Source: Candidatus Latescibacterota bacterium
Lineage (GTDB): Bacteria > Latescibacterota > UBA2968 > UBA8231
Reading direction: 5' to 3'
DNA: 64,000 nucleotides
Assembly: GCA_965197905.1 (NCBI GenBank)
Contig: CBDAOB010000005.1
Coordinates: 1,088,001 to 1,152,000 of the forward strand
Positions 41,909 to 50,704 of the stretch are shown here, piece by piece; the first letter of the stretch is position 1; every line of letters begins with the position of its first letter. A program made the translations under genes and the position numbers. Below the pieces are notes generated by a model. The model did no database searches, was not told the DNA's origin, and saw nothing but the letters and a program-made list of their open reading frames with translations.

Positions 41909-43420
41909 TCATGATTCTTCGAATAGCGCCACGATCGCTGGTTTGGTAACCTTGCCCATCGAGTTGCGCGGCAGTTCGCTCAAGGCCTGCAAGATGCTCG
42001 GAACTTTGTACGGGGCAAGTAGCTGCTTGCACCAGGTCCGCAGCGGTTCGAGCTCCAGCTCCTCATTGCCGTGCAGCACCACGGCCGCGGCAACCCGCTG
42101 TCCCCATTCCTCGTCTGCAATGCCCACGACGGCGCATTCCTCGATACTTGAGTGGGTGCGCAGGACCTCCTCGATCTCCAGCGCCGAAACCTTGTATCCA
42201 CCGGTCTTTATTATGTCCACCGATTCGCGGCCGAGGATGCGGTAGATCCTGTCTTCTCGCACCGCTACGTCGCCGGTGCGGAACCACCCCTCCGCGGTAA
42301 ACGCTTCCGCCGTCGCCTCGGGCCGCTGCCAATACTCCGAAAACACCATCGGTCCTCGCACCTGAATCTGACCGGGCGTACCGTCCTCAACGAAGCTGTC
42401 CCGCTCGTCCACCAGCCGCACCTCGATGCCCGGTAGTGGAGTGCCCACGCAGCCGGGTCGGCGTTCGCCCTTCAACGGGTTCGACAGGGCCATGCCGATC
42501 TCGGTCATGCCGTATCGCTCCAGCAAGGTGTGGCCGGATATCCCGCGCCATTTCTCCAGCGTAGCTACGGGCAGTGCCGCCGATCCGGAGATCATGACCC
42601 GGAGTCTCCGGCAACCCTCGGTCATCTCTGTCCGCGTGCTGCCGTCGGCCTCCTCCCATTTCTTGATGAGCCGCGAATAGATGGTGGGAACCGCCATGAA
42701 CAGGGTGGTTCCGTCGGCAACCGCAAGCCTGTCCCATACCTTGTCGGCGTCGAAACGGGGGAGCAACTCGCAGATAGCGCCTGACCACAACGCGCAGCAC
42801 AAGGCGTTGATGATGCCGTGCAGGTGGTGCAGTGGCAGGCAGTGCAACAGATGATCTTCAGGTGTCCAACCCCATGCCTCCACCAGCGAACGTATCTGAG
42901 CTTCGATCATGAGGTGAGTGGAGACGGTGCCTTTAGGTTTGCTGGTGGTCCCACTGGTGTAGATCAACATCGCCCGGCGACTCGCTTCGACCACGGGCAG
43001 CTCAACGGGAGCGCTGGTGGTCAGCTCGCCGGCGAGCGCGAATCGCAGCTTGCGGCGTTCGGCCAGCGGCCGCAGCAACGGTTCGAACTCGGGGTCCGCG
43101 ATCACAATCGACGCCTGAGAGTCATCCAGAACGTATGCGAGTTCGGGCGCCGGATGATCGACGCAGAGTGGTACGGCCATGCCGCCGCCGCGCCATATAC
43201 CCCACTGGGTGTAGACGTGAGCCATGGAAGGGCGCACCAGAAAGGCGACCCTGGCTTCCTCCAGGTCGGGCTTGCCGTCGAGCAGCCGTGATCCGACGCG
43301 CGCCGATAGATCGAGGAGTTGGCTATAGCTGAACTGGCCATCGGCCGCCACTACTGCCGTGCGGTCAGTGAAGCCGCTGGCACGAGATACGATGGGGATG
43401 GTATCGTAAACCTTGGTCAT
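41909..43420 (-). CDS. Acyl-CoA synthetase, malonyl-CoA synthetase (MatB/ACSF3)-like
   Basis: YTSGTTSKPKG, LPLHHLHG, ERYGMTE, FRTGD and LPRNSMGKV motifs. Confidence 0.9.
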   Translation of the reverse strand: MTKVYDTIPIVSRASGFTDRTAVVAADGQFSYSQLLDLSARVGSRLLDGKPDLEEARVAFLVRPSMAHVYTQWGIWRGGGMAVPLCVDHPAPELAYVLDDSQASIVIADPEFEPLLRPLAERRKLRFALAGELTTSAPVELPVVEASRRAMLIYTSGTTSKPKGTVSTHLMIEAQIRSLVEAWGWTPEDHLLHCLPLHHLHGIINALCCALWSGAICELLPRFDADKVWDRLAVADGTTLFMAVPTIYSRLIKKWEEADGSTRTEMTEGCRRLRVMISGSAALPVATLEKWRGISGHTLLERYGMTEIGMALSNPLKGERRPGCVGTPLPGIEVRLVDERDSFVEDGTPGQIQVRGPMVFSEYWQRPEATAEAFTAEGWFRTGDVAVREDRIYRILGRESVDIIKTGGYKVSALEIEEVLRTHSSIEECAVVGIADEEWGQRVAAAVVLHGNEELELEPLRTWCKQLLAPYKVPSILQALSELPRNSMGKVTKPAIVALFEES

Positions 43421-43548
43421 TACATCCAGCTCTATGTGGAGATCCGAACATCGTTAAATGAGGAAGACCGCTCAAGCCGATCCGGTCATTCGATTCGCCT
43501 ACACTGTTGTTTATATTCGTCGCCCACATCAAACAGAGGAGTTCTGGC

Positions 43549-45144
43549 ATGGCCGGCAGTCGAGAAGAGATTCGAGCACGAGGTAGCTACTTTCCCGGAG
43601 ACTGGGTTCGACCGCGCTACAATCCCAGCGACTGGATACCGCTGGTAGATGCCGTGGAGATATTCACCGGTCACCGCAGCGTCAACCGCCAGGGTCGGTT
43701 CGAGCTTTACGACGCGCCGGTCGGTGTCGTGCTCAGGGTTGAAGAAGCGCGAAAATCGAAACCGATTATTACACCGGAAAAGGAGTGGGAGTTGGGTGGA
43801 TCGATTAACGCGTTCTGCATCTGGGCGGAGGGAGGGCGGCTGAAGATGCTCTACGTGACGGTGACCTCAACCTGTTACGCCGAAAGCGACGACGGGTATC
43901 ACTGGGAGCGACCGAGCTTGAACCGGGTAGAGTGGAAGGGTAGCACCGATAACAACATCACCATGGACACCCCCATCGGGGCCTCCGGTTTCTTCGAGGA
44001 CCCTTCCGCTCCCGCCAGCGAGCGATACAAAGCGATGGGTGGGCACGGCTTCTGGATCGACCTCGATACCGGGGAGGAGGTTCCTGACGATGAAGCGGAC
44101 AAGCTGTGGCGGGCCTGGCAGTACGCGGGACGTAACTACCAGGGGCGCAAGGTGGAGCTGAAAGGACACCTCCATGGTTGGACCTCTGCTGACCGATTGG
44201 AGTGGAAACCGATGCCGGAGCCGCTTGCCCGATATTCGGTAAACGGAGGTATCGCGGCGCGTTACGATGAAGAGACCGGCTCCTATTTTGGCTATATGCA
44301 GCCCCAGGGCGCGGCTCCCACCGAGCTGGTAGGAATCGGCAGCGGCGCCCCCGAGACCGAAGTGGTGCGCCGGGCGGTGGGCATAGCGCGCACGAGCGAC
44401 TTCAGCAACTGGCCGGCTTCCAAACTACTGATACATCCCGACGGACAGGATCCGTTGGACATCTCGTTCTACGGGGCCTGCTATTTCGCGTACCCGGGAC
44501 GCACCGATCTGCACGCGATGATTCTGCCCGTATTCCATCAGACCAACGACAATATGGATATTCAGATCGTCTTCAGCCGCGACGGACTGATCTGGAGTCG
44601 TCCCGATCGCCGGCCAGTTCTCAGCAACGGCAAACGGGGGGATGGTGACGAATGCTCGATCCACCCCTGGCGCAATGGCATGGTTGAGCTGCCGGATGGA
44701 AACTGGGCGGTTTCCTTACAGGCCGGCTCCGTCCTTCACAACGTCGAAGAGGAATACCAGCGCGAGATCTTCCCCGAGATGCAGGAGCCGCGGCTGTGCT
44801 GGGCGTTGTGGCGGCCGCACCGGCTTTGCGGCGTAGAAGCGGAGAGCGAGGGACGTTTTACGATCCCGACCATTTTTCGCCAAGGCGATGAGCTGAGATT
44901 GAATTACCGCTGCGCGCCGGGAGGGTGGATCAGCGTGGAGCTGGTCGAGTTCCTGCCGACGATGTTTTGTGTCGATGTGGATCAGATACCGGGGTTCAGC
45001 TTCGCGGAATGCGATCGGCTTCAAGGGGATGAAGAGGACCAGGTCGTTTCGTGGAACGGCAAGAGTGACATCTCCGGAGTCGGGGAGACCGTCGGTATCC
45101 GGATTCGCATGTTCCAGGCCAAGCTCTTCGCCTATCGCGTCTAG
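43549..45144 (+). CDS. Hypothetical beta-propeller glycoside-hydrolase-like protein
   Basis: GAGGAG RBS; CYAESDDGYHWERP, ERYKAM, SRDGLIWSRP motifs; C-terminal sandwich ending AKLFAYRV. Confidence 0.72.
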   Translation: MAGSREEIRARGSYFPGDWVRPRYNPSDWIPLVDAVEIFTGHRSVNRQGRFELYDAPVGVVLRVEEARKSKPIITPEKEWELGGSINAFCIWAEGGRLKMLYVTVTSTCYAESDDGYHWERPSLNRVEWKGSTDNNITMDTPIGASGFFEDPSAPASERYKAMGGHGFWIDLDTGEEVPDDEADKLWRAWQYAGRNYQGRKVELKGHLHGWTSADRLEWKPMPEPLARYSVNGGIAARYDEETGSYFGYMQPQGAAPTELVGIGSGAPETEVVRRAVGIARTSDFSNWPASKLLIHPDGQDPLDISFYGACYFAYPGRTDLHAMILPVFHQTNDNMDIQIVFSRDGLIWSRPDRRPVLSNGKRGDGDECSIHPWRNGMVELPDGNWAVSLQAGSVLHNVEEEYQREIFPEMQEPRLCWALWRPHRLCGVEAESEGRFTIPTIFRQGDELRLNYRCAPGGWISVELVEFLPTMFCVDVDQIPGFSFAECDRLQGDEEDQVVSWNGKSDISGVGETVGIRIRMFQAKLFAYRV

Positions 45145-45203
45145 CAGCCAGTGGCGAAAAGCCATTCGGCCTCGCCGTTCAAAGGGCCTCTCACCACGGG
45201 CCG

Positions 45204-47372
45204 CTAGTCCAGCTCCACCAGGACAACCTCGTGCATCTCCACCTTGGGCACGACGACGCCGGCCGGACTGCCGACCAGATCCAGGATCTGGTCCTGCAGC
45301 GGCAACCGGGCAGACTTGGGGTCGAATCCGTGGAACGAGATCTCGATATTGTGGATCGGGTTGAGCTCTCGGAGGTAGAAGTGGCTGGTGATCTCCTGCT
45401 CGCCCGCCGCCATAGGCAGCATTGGCGTCGGGTTGTTGAGCAGGTGAATGACCAACTCCTTCTCTGACCGTTTACAAGCGGTGATCTCGATCGCCTCAGG
45501 CGCCTTGACAGACAGAGGTGCGGGGGTCCGCCTTACCAGATTGGCGACGAATCGCTGCGCTCCAGGATACGGATTGCTGATAAAACCCTCGCCCACATCA
45601 CAGCCGATGTAGATCGCGTTTCCCTTGCCAAACCGGTTCAGGGTCACTGCAGGTTCGCCCGAGTCGTACGGCTTCGACGGATGGAAGTTCTGCAGCGGTG
45701 GTTTCCCCTGGAGGCTGCTGCGGGTGCAGAGCGTCTTCACGTTGGCGGCTGATCGCAACGACACCTGGGTCTGATGCCCAGCGCAGCAGATGACGCGGCC
45801 GACTTCAGCCTCCAAGCTTTCGTCGTGCGGAACGTACACCACGCCGCCCAGATCGCCCTCGCAAACTCCGCTTTCGTAGTCGACAGCCAACACGTCAGCC
45901 AGAGCGAAGTTGGTGCGCCGCTGTCCGAATTCGTCGAGGAGCGAGGTTTCCTGGGTGGCGACCAGGGTTCCGCCGGCTGCTACAAAACCGCGGATGCTCT
46001 CGCATTGCTCCTCGGAGAGACAGCTGTTGGCGAGGTAGAGCACCGAATAGGCCGACAAGTGCTCCTCCTGCAGCTGGTCGTCCAGGATCATGTCGAACAG
46101 CAGGTGCGATCGATTGAGCATCTCGTAGGTGCCGTGAACGTTCCGCTGAGCAATCGAGGAATAATCCAGCTGCCACAGATTCTTCGGCATCTCCGACGGA
46201 CGAAAATCACGGCATTGCTGAGAGTAGTGCAGAGCGAGGTACTTGACCGACTCGCCGGCCATGTAATCGACCCTCTGCTTGAGAATGGAGAACACGGTCT
46301 TGCACGTTGCTCGGTGAAGATCGATAGGACCGCCGAAAGAACCGAAGATTGTGCTGCCCCCGTTAATGATCGCCTCGAGCCCATGAAGAGCGGGCGAGTA
46401 CGGTTCCTGGTACGGGGCGTACGCCGAAGTGCATTGAGGCAGGGATTGAATCGGGTTGCGCCAGACGCAGAAGGGCGTGCCCAGCGCCCGCGCCGCTTTG
46501 GCGATAAACCCGGTCTCGCGCACGGTCCGGTGTGCTTCGATGAAATAGTGATCGCCGATCTCCCCAATGGGCAACGGATTCAACTGATGCCCATCGACCC
46601 ACTCTGTCGTAGGACGGGCATAATAGTGGTGGTCGAGGATGATGTCCGGGTACTTCTCGCGCATGCGGGCGCTGAGATGCACGACGAAATCCAGAAATTT
46701 CTGGTAGCGCCAATTGAGAAACTGGCGAAAATCCGGGTTCGCGAAGTCGACCTTGCGTGGCAGCCGCAGCCCGGTGTCGGTTTTGAACAGCTCCTGGCAG
46801 TAGATGCAGCAGCAGCTGGGATGGAACGGTCTGCCCGCGTGAGAACCCCAGTTTGTGTCGTCGAAGTAGAACCCGTCCAGGTCGAGGTTATCCATCCATT
46901 CGGTGAGGTATTCGGGCAGCCAGTCGCGGTGGGGTGAGTTGAAACAAAACCAACCTTCGTTCTTGGGTTGGGGGCGATTGAAGTCGAGAAACTCCATGAG
47001 CCACTCAGGATGCTCGTTTTTGAGCGGCTTGTTAAACATCATGGCGTAGTAGAGGAGCACGACGATCCCCTTTTCATGGGCGAGCTCCAGAAACTGAGGT
47101 AGGCGCTCCTGGTCTACGTGCTCGTGAGCCGGCAGCATCGTCGATCGGAATCGAGCATACCCTCGCTCCACTTCGCCCACGATCTGCACGTCGATCCCGA
47201 CGTCCACCAGGAAATCGACATATTCCTCCACCGAGGGACCGGTGTAGGTCGGCTCATGCGACAGACAGCTTGGGTACTGCTCAACCCGGCCGACCCTCTT
47301 CTCGTACGGCAGTTCGCGCAGTCGCTGGACGATTGTTCCGACACGGCGGACGCCACTAGATTTCTCGTTCAC
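45204..47372 (-). CDS. GHL6-like glycoside hydrolase with beta-galactosidase trimerisation domain (paralogue)
   Basis: Shares GWFCFNSPHRDWL, DGFYFDDTNWG, YEMLNRSH, YDSGEP and MHEVVLVE with 33531-35708. Confidence 0.82.
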   Translation of the reverse strand: MNEKSSGVRRVGTIVQRLRELPYEKRVGRVEQYPSCLSHEPTYTGPSVEEYVDFLVDVGIDVQIVGEVERGYARFRSTMLPAHEHVDQERLPQFLELAHEKGIVVLLYYAMMFNKPLKNEHPEWLMEFLDFNRPQPKNEGWFCFNSPHRDWLPEYLTEWMDNLDLDGFYFDDTNWGSHAGRPFHPSCCCIYCQELFKTDTGLRLPRKVDFANPDFRQFLNWRYQKFLDFVVHLSARMREKYPDIILDHHYYARPTTEWVDGHQLNPLPIGEIGDHYFIEAHRTVRETGFIAKAARALGTPFCVWRNPIQSLPQCTSAYAPYQEPYSPALHGLEAIINGGSTIFGSFGGPIDLHRATCKTVFSILKQRVDYMAGESVKYLALHYSQQCRDFRPSEMPKNLWQLDYSSIAQRNVHGTYEMLNRSHLLFDMILDDQLQEEHLSAYSVLYLANSCLSEEQCESIRGFVAAGGTLVATQETSLLDEFGQRRTNFALADVLAVDYESGVCEGDLGGVVYVPHDESLEAEVGRVICCAGHQTQVSLRSAANVKTLCTRSSLQGKPPLQNFHPSKPYDSGEPAVTLNRFGKGNAIYIGCDVGEGFISNPYPGAQRFVANLVRRTPAPLSVKAPEAIEITACKRSEKELVIHLLNNPTPMLPMAAGEQEITSHFYLRELNPIHNIEISFHGFDPKSARLPLQDQILDLVGSPAGVVVPKVEMHEVVLVELD

Positions 47373-47531
47373 GGTCCAACTCCTTGGTTCCGGGTCATCT
47401 GGCCGGCTTCGACAGCATCATGGTAGATCTTCCTCAAGGCGGATACAAGCTGACCGAATTTGAAGGGGGTCCGATCTATGTCTTTATTTTCACCGGTCCG
47501 CAGATAACGACAGAGAGGATTTTCGTCTCGG

Positions 47532-48383
47532 GTGTCAACGAACGCGGAAAGCTATTCCGCCTTTGCTCCAGGGTGTGTATCGTGCCTTTTCAAGGTTATC
47601 CCTCATGTGGATCCACGGCATATGCATTCGTTGGGCATGAGCTTCACGGTGCGCGACGGTGTCAGCGCCCGCGTTGCGCCATCGTCTAGTTGTGAGGTAC
47701 GGTTCAACGGTCAGCAAATCGAATTTCCCACTGTCCGTTCCGCGTTAGAGCGATTGACCGACGAGCCGGTCAAGGTGGAGCTGGAATCGTCCCTGTCTCT
47801 GGCCAGCGGTTTCGGGCTCAGCGGCGCCTCGACCCTGGCAACGCTCTTCGCCATTAACCGCAGGTTCGGTCTGGAGATTGCCGATCGCGACCTGGCCATG
47901 GCTGCACACGTGGCAGAGGTAGAGAATCTTACGGGACTGGGAGACGTTTGCGGCCAGTTCCATGGAGGGTGCCTGGCGAAACTGCAGGAGGGCGATCCAC
48001 TCAAAGCGTCGGTTCTGCCCGTGGCGGAGCAACCGATTTACTTTCGTTACTACGGTCCCATTCAGACCAGCGAAGTGATCGGCGATCCGCAGCGCCGAGT
48101 GCGGATCAACCTTGCGGCCGATTCGGCGCTCGGCAAACTTTCCGACTTGCAGGAGCGTAAAGAAGAAGATCTCGATTCCTACATCGAGATCGCCAGGGAG
48201 TTCGCAGAAAAGAGTGGATTGCTCACCGACGAGCGGGTGCGGGGAGCTATCGAAATGATCGAAAACGCCGGCGGAAGGGCATCAATGATCATGTTGGGCA
48301 ATGCCGTTTTCAGTACGCAACCTTTCGAAGGCTCGCGCGAAACCTCGCTGAGCGTGCGAAGAGCTGGGGCTATCGATGACTGA
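47532..48383 (+). CDS. pok: Archaeal-type pantoate kinase (GHMP kinase)
   Basis: AFAPG..S..F N-terminus; SGFGLSGA GHMP motif; AHVAEV..LTGLGDV; ASMIMLGNAVF; overlaps the PPS gene. Confidence 0.85.
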   Translation: MSTNAESYSAFAPGCVSCLFKVIPHVDPRHMHSLGMSFTVRDGVSARVAPSSSCEVRFNGQQIEFPTVRSALERLTDEPVKVELESSLSLASGFGLSGASTLATLFAINRRFGLEIADRDLAMAAHVAEVENLTGLGDVCGQFHGGCLAKLQEGDPLKASVLPVAEQPIYFRYYGPIQTSEVIGDPQRRVRINLAADSALGKLSDLQERKEEDLDSYIEIAREFAEKSGLLTDERVRGAIEMIENAGGRASMIMLGNAVFSTQPFEGSRETSLSVRRAGAIDD

Positions 48384-49110
48384 GGTTCCGAAAAGTCACC
48401 CGCGCTACCAATCCCTGCGTTTGCGGGAGGTTATCGTCGCCGGGGTGGAAGAAGGGGTAACCTCTGTTCACGGGCTGCTAGCCCACGGTCGTGGTGAGGC
48501 GTTCGACTATTTGTTGGGGGAACGCACGCGGCGTTTCGCCAAGAAGGCAACGCGAGCCGCGGCGGCCATGCTACTTGCGGCAGATCATCCGGTCGTATCG
48601 GTAAACGGCAACGCCGCGGCGTTGGTGGCTGGCGAGTTGGTATTTCTGGCCGAGCTCATCGGGGCACCGCTGGAGGTCAATATCTTTCATTCATCGAAGA
48701 ATCGGGAACGCGCCATCCGCAATCGCCTCACCTCGTTCGGAGCCAAGCAGGTCTTGATGCCGGACAATATGACGACCATCCCCGGGATCGACTCTAATCG
48801 ACGTCATGCGAACCCCAAAGGAATCCTGCGCGCGGATGTGGTTTTCGTGCCCCTGGAGGACGGGGACCGCTGCGAGGCATTGGTGAAGGCGGGAAAGAAG
48901 GTGATCGCGGTCGACCTGAACCCGCTGTCCCGAACCGCGCGGAAAGCGCACATCACCATTGTCGACAACGTGATCCGAGCCCTGCCGAATCTCTTGCAAC
49001 AGGTAGACCAACTCAAGAAAAAACCGGAATCACAGCTGCTCACCGTGGTGAAGGAGTATCGCCAGCGAGACGAGCTGAAGGAAGCAGTCCAAACTGTCCG
49101 GGGGAAATGA
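48376..49110 (+). CDS. pps: Archaeal-type 4-phosphopantoate--beta-alanine ligase (phosphopantothenate synthetase)
   Basis: PKSHPRYQSL, GLLAHGRGEAFDYLLGE, SVNGN, LEVNIF, ADVVFVPLEDGDR, DLNPLSRTA and IVDNVIRA signature motifs. Confidence 0.93.
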   Translation: MTEVPKSHPRYQSLRLREVIVAGVEEGVTSVHGLLAHGRGEAFDYLLGERTRRFAKKATRAAAAMLLAADHPVVSVNGNAAALVAGELVFLAELIGAPLEVNIFHSSKNRERAIRNRLTSFGAKQVLMPDNMTTIPGIDSNRRHANPKGILRADVVFVPLEDGDRCEALVKAGKKVIAVDLNPLSRTARKAHITIVDNVIRALPNLLQQVDQLKKKPESQLLTVVKEYRQRDELKEAVQTVRGK

Positions 49111-49121
49111 GCAGCATGCTT

Positions 49122-50463
49122 CTAATGGGGGTGGGTGCAGTGGTCGACCACTTCTGCGATTTCAGCCGCCATCTCGTTGCCTAGGTGTTCTTTGAGCTCG
49201 CCGGCACGCCTTTCGTCGAGGCCAAGTGCCGTCAGCACCTCGGGGTTGTAGTTGGGCTCTTCTTCGGACATATAACCCAGGTCCAGCTCCTTGCTGAGGT
49301 TGTTGGCCACGTGGATCAGGCAAACTAGATCTCCAGGCGCTTTGCCCACTGAATCGTGAGAGCCCACGGCGTCGGCCAGCTCCTTGCCGACATTCGATTT
49401 CAGCAACAGCAACTTTCCCAAGTATTCGTGATTGGCCGCGTCACCAAGCTCCTTTTCGGCCTGCCGGAAGGAAGATTGGTGTTCGGACATCTGGCGCAGA
49501 ATCTCCTCATAATGATCCCAGAAGAAAAACCAGCACGATCTTGCCGATATCGTGTAGCAGCGCGCCGATCCAGTAGTCGTTGAACTGCAGCGATTTCTTC
49601 GTCTTTACGATACCCTTGGAATAGAGCCGGTCGGCGATCATGGTACATCCGACGGAGTGTTCCCAAAAACGCCTCAAGTCGAACATGCTTTCTTCCGGTC
49701 GCACCAGACCGTTCATCATTTTGATCTGCTGCGCGATGGAGCCCACCTTCTTTCTCCCAAGTCGCACGATAGCCTCCTTGAGACTCCAACCTCCCTGGTG
49801 GCCGCTGCCGGCAAAGACCGGTGAATTCACCAGCTGCAACATTTTGTGTACGATGGCGGGATCGTTTACCACGAGTTCTTCAAGGTCTTCGGCTGTCGAA
49901 CTTGGCTCCTCCACCATTCCCATGATACGCATGGCGATTTCGGGCAAAGTCGGAAGGGTGTTGAGGTTCTTCAGACGCCGGACGATGCGTTCGCGGGCAT
50001 CCTCGTCGGACGCCCCCTCCAGTTCCTTGAAGAGATCGCCTATGCCCCGGGCATCAAACGCCGACTTGATCAAGCTCTGGAGCGACGTCTCCTCCTCGCC
50101 AAACGCTTTTTCCCAGGCGCCGAAATAGACATTCTTCATACGGTGGCATAGGGTTTTGTGCTCCTCCATAAATGTCGCGGGCAGCACCAGGAAAAGGGGG
50201 ACTGTGTCCTCTGCGTTGAGCGCCGCGAGTGAGGTGGAGCTGTCTATCTTCTTGCGCTGAATAACGAAGGTGGCGCAGATTTCGTTCTTCTGTCTCTGAA
50301 TGGTTGAGAAAGCCTCGACGAAGTTGCTCGCGACGATAAGGTCTAGGCCGTAGCGATAATTCAGGATCATCATCAGAAACTTGGCGATTACCTGGTGGGG
50401 TTTGCCAGGTTCCTGGATAATCAACGCCAGCTGCTGAGGGCTGGCTGCTTCCGCTGAAGACAT
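49122..50463 (-). CDS. HDOD domain signalling protein, frameshift at ~49528
   Basis: LPTLP, DPA, VNSP, FWEHS, LLHDIGKIVL. A frame change near the T-run gives FFWDHYEEILRQMSEH, joining 49122-49490. Confidence 0.85.
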
Positions 50464-50704
50464 CTTCCCTTGTGGTTTGGAGGAAGGTAATGCCGGGGAT
50501 CAAGGTCGTCGGCATATATCACGTCGATCATAAGAATATAACGACTGCGAATTCAATAGGTAAGGTAGTAGAGTTGGCGCTGGCAGCCCCTGCCGTAGAC
50601 GGATGGAGCTCACCTTGATTCGCGTTTTCCAGCCCGATATATTCGACCTGCCAACGCACACTAGCAAATACCAGACAGGTACCCATCCGACAGGCGGTGC
50701 AGTG

